A program made the translations under genes and the position numbers. DNA of 62,580 bases, the filler included, from Nitrospinota bacterium (lineage in GTDB: Bacteria; JAUXIQ01), in the NCBI GenBank assembly GCA_030620925.1. It is 13 parts of 13 records of this genome, joined end to end, with 100 filler letters (N's around TTAATTAATTAA, not from the genome) between each part and the next. Parts side by side here need not be neighbours in the genome. Positions count along the whole stretch, not along the records: positions 28,223 to 35,966 come from JAUXIQ010000083.1; positions 36,067 to 39,496 come from JAUXIQ010000316.1; 11 more parts are not named here. One strand, 5' to 3'. Shown here piece after piece: positions 28,973-38,016 of the stretch. The notes under the pieces were generated by a model, which was not told the DNA's origin, made no database searches, and saw nothing but the letters and a program-made list of their open reading frames with translations. How positions within the stretch are numbered: the first letter of the stretch is position 1; the number at the start of each line of letters is the position of its first letter.

Positions 28973-29989
28973 TCAGGAGGGATTTTTGTGAGGATTAAGC
29001 GCCTTGAACCCCGAGGTTACCAGGTAGCAGAGAGAGTTCAGTATATAGGGTATGGTGAAGCCCATCTGGGGCAGGTTAAGACCGCCCCGACTGTTCTCTT
29101 CAATGGAGAGGCATGCCTGTATGCCGGCCATTGCCAGTTTCAACATGGCGAGTGAATGATAAAAACGCAGGTTACCTGTCTCTTTGCCGCCCGCTTTTCT
29201 GTAGAGTGCGAAAAAATCATCACTGTCCATGGGCAGCCCCAGGGCCATGGCCTTACCCGGGTAAAGCCATCCCAGGTCCAGCGCCGGGTCGCCGATACCT
29301 GCTATTTCCCAGTCCAGAACGGCCACTATCTCGTCGCCGCTGAATAGAACGTTCCCTACGTTGTAGTCGCCGTGGATAAGTGTCAGCTCGCCGCTCTGAG
29401 GGATATTTTCCTCGAGCTTATTGAGTACGTTCTCCAGAATCTGCCTGGGGATGCCCTTAACAGCCTGGAGCCTGGCCCTGCACTTCCACAGCTCCGCGGC
29501 CGCGAACCGTGAGGTATCCCCTGGAGCATCTTCGGCGGGGAGGCCCAACTTCCGCCAATCCGTGGAGTGGATTTCGGCCAAAGTTCTTGCGTATTCCCAG
29601 GAGAGTTTCTTCTTCTTTTCGGGAAGCATGGCATGGTATGCGATTGACAGGGTGTCCCCGTCCATTTTTTCCATAATAAGGAAAGGTTTCCCCAGTACAG
29701 ATTCGTCTTCTTCCAGCAGCAGCACCCCCGGTACGGGGACAGGCGTGCTCTTCAGGGCCTTCAGCAGATGATATTCGCTTGCCGGTTGATAAGGCTCCAT
29801 GATACTCTTTTCGGGGGGCATCCTCAGGATATACTTTCGTGTCCGTGTGGAGCCGTTCTCACGCCAGCTCAGCGTGAAACCGACCATCCTGTTGGAGTTT
29901 CCCTGGTTAATGCGTTGAAGCTCCACGACTTTCAGGTTCTCTTTTTGCTGGAGCGCGGCACGGAGGTATGTTTCGAGTGTGGATTTCAA
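28973..29989 (-). CDS. phosphotransferase (APH/ACAD10-11 N-terminal-like kinase)
   Basis: YILRMPP, PVPVP, LIHGDYNVGN, AVLDWEIAGIGDPALDLGW. Confidence 0.9.
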   Translation of the reverse strand: MKSTLETYLRAALQQKENLKVVELQRINQGNSNRMVGFTLSWRENGSTRTRKYILRMPPEKSIMEPYQPASEYHLLKALKSTPVPVPGVLLLEEDESVLGKPFLIMEKMDGDTLSIAYHAMLPEKKKKLSWEYARTLAEIHSTDWRKLGLPAEDAPGDTSRFAAAELWKCRARLQAVKGIPRQILENVLNKLEENIPQSGELTLIHGDYNVGNVLFSGDEIVAVLDWEIAGIGDPALDLGWLYPGKAMALGLPMDSDDFFALYRKAGGKETGNLRFYHSLAMLKLAMAGIQACLSIEENSRGGLNLPQMGFTIPYILNSLCYLVTSGFKALNPHKNPS

Positions 29990-30083
29990 TATCTTCGATC
30001 CCTATATGATCGTGAATTCCGCTTCATCGGTTATAAAGAATAATATGAGTCGGAACGCACCTTACGCCCCTTTTGCATTTCAT

Positions 30084-30124
30084 CGAACCGGATTAATGAT
30101 AACTTAAGGGGAAACTATTGTAAA
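30084..30124 (-). promoter_or_regulatory. sigma70 promoter plus downstream motif TAATCCGGTTCG
   Basis: TTTACA-17-TATCAT immediately followed by the motif. Confidence 0.55.
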
Positions 30125-30338
30125 ACCGCGCACCGGCACCGCCGCAAGCGGAGCGAGATTTTTTCCTGAGACTTCTTAACGCCTGTGATCGTGTAACTGT
30201 AAAAAGAGGTGTGAAGGAACAAATGATAAATAACCGCAGAATATGGCCGGGTTGACATAATCCCAATTGATGATATTTTAACTGTATAGCTTTTCCTTTT
30301 GCTCAAAGTATTATTTTTTAGATCGCGCATGAATTGCA

Positions 30339-31361
30339 ATGGATGACTCAAAAGATATCAGGATAGAAAGTATAACACCGGGAGCCGGCGTGGAAGGAGG
30401 TAAAATCTTCCTGGAATGCCCAGGATACAATCCCGCCATGTTCGCCGATACGGTTCTGAAAATTAATGGAACACCTGCCCGGATGAGCACGGTTGCCGAC
30501 GGGTTTATCTCAGCATTCATATCACCGGAAGCAACATCGGGCCCCGTGATTCTGGAAGTGGGCGGATTGGCCAGCAACGAAGTCTTTTTGGAAGTAGCCC
30601 ACAAGCTCGCAACAAATCTCCACCCGGTGGCCAACCCTGCCATCGACAATGAGGGGAGCATATATATTACTTTGAGCGGTATGAAGGGACAGAAACTGCC
30701 CGTTTCAGTCTTCAAAATGAGCAGCGGGGGAAGTATTATGCCCTTCGTTACTGATATCATCAACCCTACCGGTATAGCAATCAACAGCCATGGTGAACTT
30801 TTCGTAAGCAACCGGCACGACGGAACGGTGCACAAAGTTTCTTCGCTGGGAAACCATGTGACCTTCGCCAGTGAATTGGGCGTATGCACAGGCCTGGTTT
30901 TCGATAAGGAGGAGAACCTCTATGTGGGGGACCGCGAAGGGGCCATTCTCAAACTGGACCCCGATGGCAAAAAAGAGACTTTTGCCAAATTGCCTCCCAG
31001 CGTAGCCGCCTATCATATGGCCTTTGGTCCCGATGGATGTCTTTATGTCACCGGGCCCACCATGACCGGTTACGATTACGTGTACAGGATAAACGGCGTC
31101 GATTCTGCTGAAATATTCTTCTCAGAGCTCGGCCGCCCTCAGGGGCTTGCTTTCGACGCCGAGGGCAACCTTCATCTGGTAGGCTACTATGAAGGCCAGG
31201 GCGGAATTTCAAAGATCACACCCGATGGTGAGATCACGCATGAGATTGCCGGCATAAATCTTGTGGGATTGGCTTTCGACGGCCTTGGTAACATGATTAT
31301 CACCGGTGTATCATCAGTTTACAAAATAAAAATGAACATGATGGGATTGCCGTTGATGTGA
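30339..31361 (+). CDS. IPT/TIG domain + NHL/SMP-30 beta-propeller protein
   Basis: IESITPGAGVEGG...SGPVILEV followed by repeated PTGIAI/GLVFD/PQGLAFD blades. Confidence 0.8.
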   Translation: MDDSKDIRIESITPGAGVEGGKIFLECPGYNPAMFADTVLKINGTPARMSTVADGFISAFISPEATSGPVILEVGGLASNEVFLEVAHKLATNLHPVANPAIDNEGSIYITLSGMKGQKLPVSVFKMSSGGSIMPFVTDIINPTGIAINSHGELFVSNRHDGTVHKVSSLGNHVTFASELGVCTGLVFDKEENLYVGDREGAILKLDPDGKKETFAKLPPSVAAYHMAFGPDGCLYVTGPTMTGYDYVYRINGVDSAEIFFSELGRPQGLAFDAEGNLHLVGYYEGQGGISKITPDGEITHEIAGINLVGLAFDGLGNMIITGVSSVYKIKMNMMGLPLM

Positions 31362-31432
31362 TTGGGGGCTCCCGAAGAGGTGAGCCTTATTGTATCATTT
31401 CTATATATCCCTTGAATTGGAGGAAGCTATAT

Positions 31433-31942
31433 ATGCTTAGAATGAAAATCGACATGGTGGCTTTTGACCAGAGCAAGGGAGCGGCGGTAGTCTCGCTGGT
31501 GGATGATAGCGGCGAGAGAAAGCTGCCTTTGCTGATTGGCATCACAGAGGCTATGGCTATCTTCAGAGAACTTAACCGCACTCCGTCGGCGCGCCCCATG
31601 GCCTATGACCTTTTCAAGAACTTTATGGATGGCGTGCAAGCCGATGTTGAGAAAGTAGTTGTGGACACTATAAAGGAGGATACGTACCTGGCCTGGATAC
31701 ATTTTCGGGTGGGAGACTCGAAGCTGGTTTCCGATTCCAGACCGAGTGACGGAATTGTGATGGCCTTAAAGTGTCAGGCGCCCATTTACGTTGAGGATAA
31801 GGTTTTGGACCGCGCGGAGAAGATAGGGTTTCTCGTACAGGAAGGTGAAGAGGGCGAGACCCCGGACCTCCAGCAGTGGCTCGATGATGTGAAACCTTCC
31901 GACTTCGAAGAGGGAGGTGCGGAAGAAGAGGATATTGAATGA
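31433..31942 (+). CDS. bifunctional nuclease family protein (DUF151)
   Basis: LPLLIGITEAMAI, RPMAYDL, DSRPSDGIVMAL...APIYV; GGAGG RBS before ATG 31433. Confidence 0.92.
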   Translation: MLRMKIDMVAFDQSKGAAVVSLVDDSGERKLPLLIGITEAMAIFRELNRTPSARPMAYDLFKNFMDGVQADVEKVVVDTIKEDTYLAWIHFRVGDSKLVSDSRPSDGIVMALKCQAPIYVEDKVLDRAEKIGFLVQEGEEGETPDLQQWLDDVKPSDFEEGGAEEEDIE

Positions 31943-31995
31943 TACCTTTCACATTCCCCTCCGGTGAGAATTGCGGATAACAGGGAAACGATTGG

Positions 31996-32424
31996 ATGAA
32001 GCGCGAAGAGAAGATACTCAGCGATTATCTTTCAGCGAATAATCTCAAATTTACCCAGCAGCGAAAAGTCATCCTGGATGCCTTCCTTTCTCTGGAACAT
32101 CATGTAAGCGCTGAGGAACTTTATGATAAACTCAAGAAGAAAGACTATGGTATAGGTCTGGCAACGGTGTACCGCACGTTGAATATTTTCAGCTCCTGCG
32201 GGCTCGCACAACAGAGGCAGTTTGGAGATGGACAGAGCAGATATGAACATGAGGTGGACCATGGACACCACGACCACCTGCTATGCCAGCAATGCGGAAA
32301 GATCACCGAGTTTGAAAACAAACACATAGAAGAGCTTCAGAAGGAAGTGGCCAAGGAAAAGGGTTATGTGGTGTTCACGCACAAGCTGGAGCTCCACGGG
32401 CTTTGTCCGGATTGTGCATCTTAG
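31996..32424 (+). CDS. fur: Fur-family transcriptional regulator
   Basis: HVSAEELY, GLATVYRTL, HHDHLLCQQCG, HGLCPDC. Confidence 0.9.
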   Translation: MKREEKILSDYLSANNLKFTQQRKVILDAFLSLEHHVSAEELYDKLKKKDYGIGLATVYRTLNIFSSCGLAQQRQFGDGQSRYEHEVDHGHHDHLLCQQCGKITEFENKHIEELQKEVAKEKGYVVFTHKLELHGLCPDCAS

Positions 32425-32512
32425 CCGGTACATTATTCTTCCGAAAGGTAAAAAAAAATCGGGCGGCCAAAAAATAACCGCCCATATTATTTCAACTGAA
32501 GCCGTCAGGCGA

Positions 32513-32926
32513 TTAAACCTTATCCGCTTCCAGCAGTAGCTTTAAATTTTCATCGGATTCGGGGGTGCCGTGGTGTACGGACACCAGGTGGACCACCCGG
32601 GCCGCAGTCTTCTCATCAAATCCCAGCTCCGACAATAACCTCTCCGAAATTTCCACGCCGGTCTCGCAGTGCGTGGGTATTTTTACCGACTGGTCTTCTA
32701 TGTTGCCCACGAAGTCGTTCCCATAAGGGGCCGCATACCCTATATCGTGGAGGTAGGCGGCCGTGGTGAGAACGACCGTTCCCTCTTCACCTAAATTTTC
32801 CCTTTCGAGGATTTTCTTCATGTTGGAAACCACGCTCATGGTGTGGTCGTAATATCTGGGCACGCTGTTTAAAAAGAGGTCCTTTATTTTTTCTTCCAGC
32901 CCTTTTTCTAACTCTTCAAGCGACAT
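32513..32926 (-). CDS. HD-domain protein
   Basis: DHT...AAYLHDIGY...HH...EAD. Confidence 0.8.
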   Translation of the reverse strand: MSLEELEKGLEEKIKDLFLNSVPRYYDHTMSVVSNMKKILERENLGEEGTVVLTTAAYLHDIGYAAPYGNDFVGNIEDQSVKIPTHCETGVEISERLLSELGFDEKTAARVVHLVSVHHGTPESDENLKLLLEADKV

Positions 32927-32955
32927 ATGTATTTACCTTATATTTCGAGCGCACT

Positions 32956-33432
32956 TTATTCCTTCAGATCGCCGCGCACTCCGATCTGCGTCTTTATCAG
33001 GGGTATATCCTTACCCGACGCTGAAATGGCATGCTCCGCCGCATGCACGATACCATAGCAGCAGGGTACTTCCATGAACAGCACCTGGATACTCTTTAGA
33101 TTGGAAGCGTTTATTATCTGGGTGATTTTTTCAGCGTAGAACTCTATGTCATCCAGTTTGGGACAGCCTATGGCAAGCGCCTTACCGTCCAGGAAGTCGG
33201 TATGGAAATCCGCATAGGCGAAGGGAACACAGTCCGCGGCGAGTACAAGGTCGGCGTTCTGAAAGTAAGGGGCCGTGGGGGCAACGAGAGTCAACTGCAC
33301 AGGCCACTGAGTCAGCGAAGACTTGCCGATGCTTTCCTTGTTGGCGGTGGCGACACCATCAGCTTCCTTGGTGAACTGCTGCTCTTCGCACGATGGGCAA
33401 CCATCGTTATGTTTATTCTGATCAATGCTCAT
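32956..33432 (-). CDS. Cys-rich iron-sulfur protein of the type usually fused to a ferredoxin in hcp-associated clusters
   Basis: LTQWPVQLTLV, ADCVPFA, IGCPKLD, MEVPCCYG. Confidence 0.8.
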   Translation of the reverse strand: MSIDQNKHNDGCPSCEEQQFTKEADGVATANKESIGKSSLTQWPVQLTLVAPTAPYFQNADLVLAADCVPFAYADFHTDFLDGKALAIGCPKLDDIEFYAEKITQIINASNLKSIQVLFMEVPCCYGIVHAAEHAISASGKDIPLIKTQIGVRGDLKE

Positions 33433-33510
33433 TATTTCCTCCTGAATTTGCTGTTACCGTGACTTTGAAATTTGTATCGTGATTTATAAGACAAAACCCA
33501 TCCGTGTTCT

Positions 33511-33524
33511 TTGACTCAGGTCAA
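33511..33524. promoter_or_regulatory. CRP/FNR-family (HcpR-type) box
   Basis: TTGAC-TCAG-GTCAA upstream of 33432(-). Confidence 0.72.
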
Positions 33525-33536
33525 TTATCGTCCATT

Positions 33537-33962
33537 TTAGAAAAAATATTTATATATCATGTCAAATCTTCCATGGCGGATAAGGTAGGCCCCTGAGAAA
33601 CGCATCACTTCCTTTATTTGTCGTCGGTAATCGTTTGCGAAGCAGTGCTCAAGGCACTTCTTGCAGCGGGGTTTAGGGTCGAAGGGGCACAGCAGCCGTT
33701 TGGTGGCGCCGTGCATCAGCAGCCGGCTGCATTCATCGCACAGGTCCACCCTCGCTCCATCGAGTACAGCGGCCAGTTTCCCCTGCGCCGTGAAAGGTTC
33801 CTTAGGGTTGTGGATATGATTGCACCGGCAGTAGATTTGGACAAATTTTACGAGGACGCGGATGTCCTTTTTCGCCCTGGGGAAATCGAGGCAGTGTTCG
33901 ACCACGTAGATTTCGCGGGGTATTTCGTCGCATAACTTTTCGGTTCCCGCACTCTCAGCCAT
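33537..33962 (-). CDS. YgbA-family (nitrous oxide-stimulated promoter family) protein
   Basis: FVQIYCRCNH...LCDEC...CPFDPKPRCKKCLEHC...IKEVMRFSG. Confidence 0.9.
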   Translation of the reverse strand: MAESAGTEKLCDEIPREIYVVEHCLDFPRAKKDIRVLVKFVQIYCRCNHIHNPKEPFTAQGKLAAVLDGARVDLCDECSRLLMHGATKRLLCPFDPKPRCKKCLEHCFANDYRRQIKEVMRFSGAYLIRHGRFDMIYKYFF

Positions 33963-34068
33963 TTTCTTTCACCAGTTCAAGCATCGGTTCAAGTGGACAT
34001 CCGCATCCTCGATTAGGAAGGAGGGGTTATTATGATATTAAATATATACGTAGTAAGGATACGCGTAA

Positions 34069-34082
34069 TTGACCGAAGTCAA
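34069..34082. promoter_or_regulatory. CRP/FNR-family (HcpR-type) box
   Basis: TTGAC-CGAA-GTCAA upstream of the ygbA-like gene; TATATT -10 at 34046-34041(-). Confidence 0.72.
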
Positions 34083-34141
34083 GATTGGAGGAAATATACG
34101 GAATTTGACAAATAGAGGAGTTCTGCAATAGATGCGTCTTC

Positions 34142-35965
34142 TTACGATAATTCTTCGATGAGGGCCTTTGCGTCTTTGAGGTCGGCGGTGTCGAAGCCTT
34201 CGGTGAACCAGGTGTAGACAGGGGCGAGCAGGTCGCGGGCTTCTTCACGTAAGCCCTGACTCTGCCAAAGTCGGCTCAGGCTCATGGCTGCCCTGAGTTC
34301 CAATGATTTAGCTTGCTGGCTCCGGGCAACTTCTAGGGCCTTATTAAAACATGCCTCCGCCTCTGCCTGATTCCCCTCGTATTGAGCCAGCAACAACTCC
34401 CCCTTGAGGCGATGCAGCTCCGCCTCTATATAACGCTCCCCAGTTTTATCAACTGTGCCCAGCGCTTCTGAAAGCGCCGTTAGTCCTTCCTTTGACTGCC
34501 CCGCTTCCCCATATGCTTCAGCCAGAAGGGAAAGCATAATTGGCCGCCCCATCTCTGCCCCAGTAGCCCGGAGGGCAACTAAACCCTGGCGTAACTGCGT
34601 AATCCCTTCCTCTCCCTTTCCCTGTTTGGCCAGCGACCAGCCCCGCAGGAGTTTCCCCGCAACCAAATAGAACGTATACCCATGCTCTGTGCAAAGCTCA
34701 ATGCTTGTCTCTGCATTCTCTTGAGTTAGTTGCTCCTCTTGGCGGTGCTGATGGACCAAAGCAGCAAGAATAAGGGCGTGGGCCAGGTTAAAGGGGTGAG
34801 AAGGCTCCTTGGCCAAGGTCAACGCTTCGTGGCTCCTCTCCCGGGCCTGGTCCTGATGGCCAAGATACCATAGGACACGGCCTGCATAGGATAGGCAGCC
34901 CACCCCGAGGTCCAATCCGGGGCGGTACCGCTGAGGATCATAGAGGGTAATCCCTTGCTCCAGGTGCTCTCGAGCAGAGTCAAACTTTCCAAGTAAAAAA
35001 AAGGTTACCCCCAGCGCATAGTGAGCCTCGGAGAGGAGAGCCGTTTTTTGCTGCCGCTGGGCCAGCGTGAGGAGCTGTTCTCCCAGCTCAAGAGCCATCT
35101 GCAACTCCGCCCGCACATTATAAAACCCCCACAGCCCCGCCAGCACTCTGAAGAGCTGAGGGTTTTTCCCCACCTTTTGGCACAGCTCCCGCGCTCGGGT
35201 GTAGGCCAGTTCCACTTCCGGGTCAGCAAAGCCCTTGGTAGCCATCACAACTAAGCCGTGGGTGATTTGCAACGTAAGTTCTTGTTGTGCACGCTGGGGA
35301 GTGTCTGTTAGTGTCTTGAGCAGCTCCAGTCCTTTGGTGACATGGCTGACAGCTTCCACATTGGCCGAGCGCCGCATAGCGCGCTGACTCGCCTGTTGCC
35401 AGTAACCGATAGCCTGCTCATTCAGGCCCGCCTCAGTGTAGTGATGGGCCAGCATTTCATAGAACTCTTCCAACCTCTTCGCGTAGAGCTCTTCTATGGT
35501 CTTTCCAATCTCTGCATGAACCTCCTTCCTCCTCCGTATCAATATAGAATCATAGACTACCTCCTGGGTCAGGGCATGCTTGAAGATATAAATCGATTGA
35601 GGAAATATACCTCTCTCATAGAGGAGCTCCGAGTCTTTTAAAGCTGAGAGATGTGATAATAGTTCCCGTTCCGATAGGCCCGTCACCTTCTTGACCAGAT
35701 CATAGCTGAACTCTCTCCCAATTACAGACCCCTTCTGGAGAACCTCCTTGGCTTCCTCGGGCATCGAGTCCACCCTAGCCATAATGACGTCCTGGATAGT
35801 GCTTGGTACTGCAACAGAAATGATATCTTTTGATATACCGTATCTGCCATTCCTGCTCTCTATGATATTCAGCTCTTTAAGCGATTTAATCAGCTCCTCG
35901 ATGAAAAAGGGGACCCCTTCCGTCTTCTCAAGAATAAACTCCTCAAGTCCACTCTCTATTTGCTC
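34142..35965 (-). CDS. STAND-type AAA ATPase + TPR protein (cyclase/kinase-associated type), 5' truncated
   Basis: The frame stays open to the contig edge: KTEGVPFFIEEL, TIQDVIMARVD, SVIGREF, YIFKHALTQEVVY, AKSLELRAAMSLSRLW, WFTEGFDTADL. Confidence 0.88.
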   Translation of the reverse strand, partial: EQIESGLEEFILEKTEGVPFFIEELIKSLKELNIIESRNGRYGISKDIISVAVPSTIQDVIMARVDSMPEEAKEVLQKGSVIGREFSYDLVKKVTGLSERELLSHLSALKDSELLYERGIFPQSIYIFKHALTQEVVYDSILIRRRKEVHAEIGKTIEELYAKRLEEFYEMLAHHYTEAGLNEQAIGYWQQASQRAMRRSANVEAVSHVTKGLELLKTLTDTPQRAQQELTLQITHGLVVMATKGFADPEVELAYTRARELCQKVGKNPQLFRVLAGLWGFYNVRAELQMALELGEQLLTLAQRQQKTALLSEAHYALGVTFFLLGKFDSAREHLEQGITLYDPQRYRPGLDLGVGCLSYAGRVLWYLGHQDQARERSHEALTLAKEPSHPFNLAHALILAALVHQHRQEEQLTQENAETSIELCTEHGYTFYLVAGKLLRGWSLAKQGKGEEGITQLRQGLVALRATGAEMGRPIMLSLLAEAYGEAGQSKEGLTALSEALGTVDKTGERYIEAELHRLKGELLLAQYEGNQAEAEACFNKALEVARSQQAKSLELRAAMSLSRLWQSQGLREEARDLLAPVYTWFTEGFDTADLKDAKALIEELS

Positions 35966-36066
35966 CNNNNNNNNNNNNNNNNNNNNNNNNNNNNNNNNNN
36001 NNNNNNNNNNTTAATTAATTAANNNNNNNNNNNNNNNNNNNNNNNNNNNNNNNNNNNNNNNNNNNN

Positions 36067-36399
36067 ATACATGCGGTCCCCATATATATTTACTCCATGA
36101 CGGCGCAGATGAAAGCCTACCTGGACAGATGGTGCGCCTTCTACGACGCGGACTGGAAGTGTCAAAAAGAATATCTACCGGAAATGACGGGTAAGAAGAT
36201 AGGGCTGATTACCGTCTGCGGAGACCAGGACACCTCAATATGCAGCCCCACGGAAGACGTGTTCAAGAACTTGTGTAAATTCTGCCAGATGGAGCTCGTG
36301 GGCTGCCTGCAAGCCTCCGCCTATGCCAGAGGAGAAGTGGAAAAAAACAAGGAAGCCATGCAAGCGGCCTTTAAGCTGGGGCAGGACGGAGCTTCCTGA
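36067..36399 (+). CDS. flavodoxin-like/NADPH-dependent FMN reductase family, C-terminal part
   Basis: PIYIYSMTAQMKAYLDR, GKKIGLI, AFKLG. Confidence 0.8.
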   Translation: MHAVPIYIYSMTAQMKAYLDRWCAFYDADWKCQKEYLPEMTGKKIGLITVCGDQDTSICSPTEDVFKNLCKFCQMELVGCLQASAYARGEVEKNKEAMQAAFKLGQDGAS

Positions 36400-36423
36400 T
36401 CCATCAGCGAACCATCTATAAAT

Positions 36424-36718
36424 GAAGCAGCGCCTTTCAGGCGCGGAAATTGAAAGAGCAACCGCAAAAGTTTTGAATGGAGCATACCCCGCGGAACGCC
36501 ACACGGGTATTCTCCATCCCTGTCATTCTTCGTCCCGCAAAGCGAGACTCCGTTCAGAATGACAATTGAAAGAATTTAATTCGCGCCTGGAAGGCGCTCC
36601 TACTCAAAGGCCTTACGAAATACTTTCAATCCAAAAGCTGTAAGAGCGCCTTCCAGGCGCGAAGGTTGAAAGGACAAACGCAAAAGTTTGAGGGGGCATT
36701 TTGAAAAATGCCCCCTCA
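36424..36718. repeat. cluster of REP-like palindromes
   Basis: GTAGGAGCGCCTTCCAGGCGCGA at 36603-36581(-), with variants at 36640-36662(+) and 36424-36446(+). TGTCATTCT...AGAATGACA at 36521-36564. Family-A palindrome at 36689-36718. Confidence 0.75.
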
Positions 36719-36828
36719 CAAGTTATGGAAACGGGTGGGTATCCCAAGTAAGTCAGGCTCCGCTGGGAGACGGTACGGGAAACTCCTCCCCTTCCCTGCA
36801 GCAATCTATATTCTTTAAGCGGGTAAAC

Positions 36829-37341
36829 TCACATTTTTTTAAAAACGTTCCCGCCGCATTCCGGGCACTCGGGAAGAGCGGCTAAAGAAGGAATAACAAT
36901 TTCATTGTCACAGCGTTTACAGGCGTAGTTTCCCTTCTTCACTTTCTCCTTCGAGAAGTAGGCCATTCCTTTTTCCAGCCCGTTCTCCACTTCACCGGCA
37001 GTCGATTTCACCTTTCCGGACACTCCCCGCAACAGGCTCCTGGCCTCGTTCATTATACGCTGGCTGGGTCGCGTCCAGGCCTGATTTTCCAGTTTCCGAA
37101 GGCCCTTTTTTGCTTTACCCAGCGTTTCCCGAGCCTCTTTTTCCACCGCCTTGGCGATGATCTCAAGCTCCTCTTCGGTAGCGTCGGTGGTCTTCCGCAA
37201 TCGTTCTTTGGAAGCTTTTAGAGCGGCCTTGACGTCTTCCAGGCGCTCTGCTTTCTGCCTTCTAAGCTCTACACTGAACTCTTTAGTGAATTTGTTATAT
37301 CTGGCAACTGCGCGTTCCTTTAACTCTTCTGCTTTCAGCAC
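36829..37341 (-). CDS. coiled-coil protein with C-terminal zinc ribbon (DUF1451-like)
   Basis: GNYACKRC...LPECPECGGNVF; GGAGG RBS. Confidence 0.75.
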   Translation of the reverse strand: MLKAEELKERAVARYNKFTKEFSVELRRQKAERLEDVKAALKASKERLRKTTDATEEELEIIAKAVEKEARETLGKAKKGLRKLENQAWTRPSQRIMNEARSLLRGVSGKVKSTAGEVENGLEKGMAYFSKEKVKKGNYACKRCDNEIVIPSLAALPECPECGGNVFKKM

Positions 37342-37452
37342 CTAACTTCACCTCCCTTTTGGTTATAGACCTCTATTTACCCGCAAAAATTCCGCTTATT
37401 AGTAAATTTGGTGTTTTTAAACCCATATTTCAACTATATTCGGCATTCACCA

Positions 37453-37956
37453 CTATAAAGAATATCCGTGCAGCCCGCTGGCCAGACGCTGGATGGCCAG
37501 GCTCTGCTCGTTTTTTTCCCGGTGAAGACGTTCCAACAGCTCCTTCAGCTCTTCGTCGTCGCGGTTGACCGACTGGGACATATAGCGGTAGTAGAGGCTG
37601 TTAAGCCGGTCCACGTCTCCGGCCAGCTTCTCCCACAGAGTCCCTTCCAGAGGCTCCGGCTCAGACACCTCCGGCAGTCCGCTGCCTATGGCCCTGATCT
37701 TCTTCGCCAGTAGCTCAGATGCCTCCTCGCTCATTCCAGCCAGTTCCATCAGCCTGTCACTATAGTGACCGTAAGGCATGCTACGGGCGTGATCACTGAG
37801 ATGAGAGGCCAGGGCCTTCTCCCGCAGGAAATCATCTTTCAGGAGGCTCAGGGGATCATCCCCCCTCCCCTCGAAGATAAACCTCAACAACCCGGCCAAA
37901 CCGGCCTTCAACAACCCGCCATTCCGCGCCTCCTTCGCCAATTTCAACCCCCTCAT
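37453..37956 (-). CDS. hypothetical protein, possible ferritin-like four-helix bundle
   Basis: Helical pattern LREKALASHLSDHA...LLAKKIRAIG...LLERLHREKNEQ; co-oriented with clpB-dnaJ. Confidence 0.6.
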   Translation of the reverse strand: MRGLKLAKEARNGGLLKAGLAGLLRFIFEGRGDDPLSLLKDDFLREKALASHLSDHARSMPYGHYSDRLMELAGMSEEASELLAKKIRAIGSGLPEVSEPEPLEGTLWEKLAGDVDRLNSLYYRYMSQSVNRDDEELKELLERLHREKNEQSLAIQRLASGLHGYSL

Positions 37957-38016
37957 ACTTGCCTTGTTAACTCAGCGCCCCCTCTGAAAGCCTCTGTTCA
38001 GGATCAATTGAAGGGT

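Noticed and set aside
36424-36718. Possible CRISPR array
   Set aside because: Only three copies, in mixed orientation with irregular spacing and no cas genes; fits REP elements.
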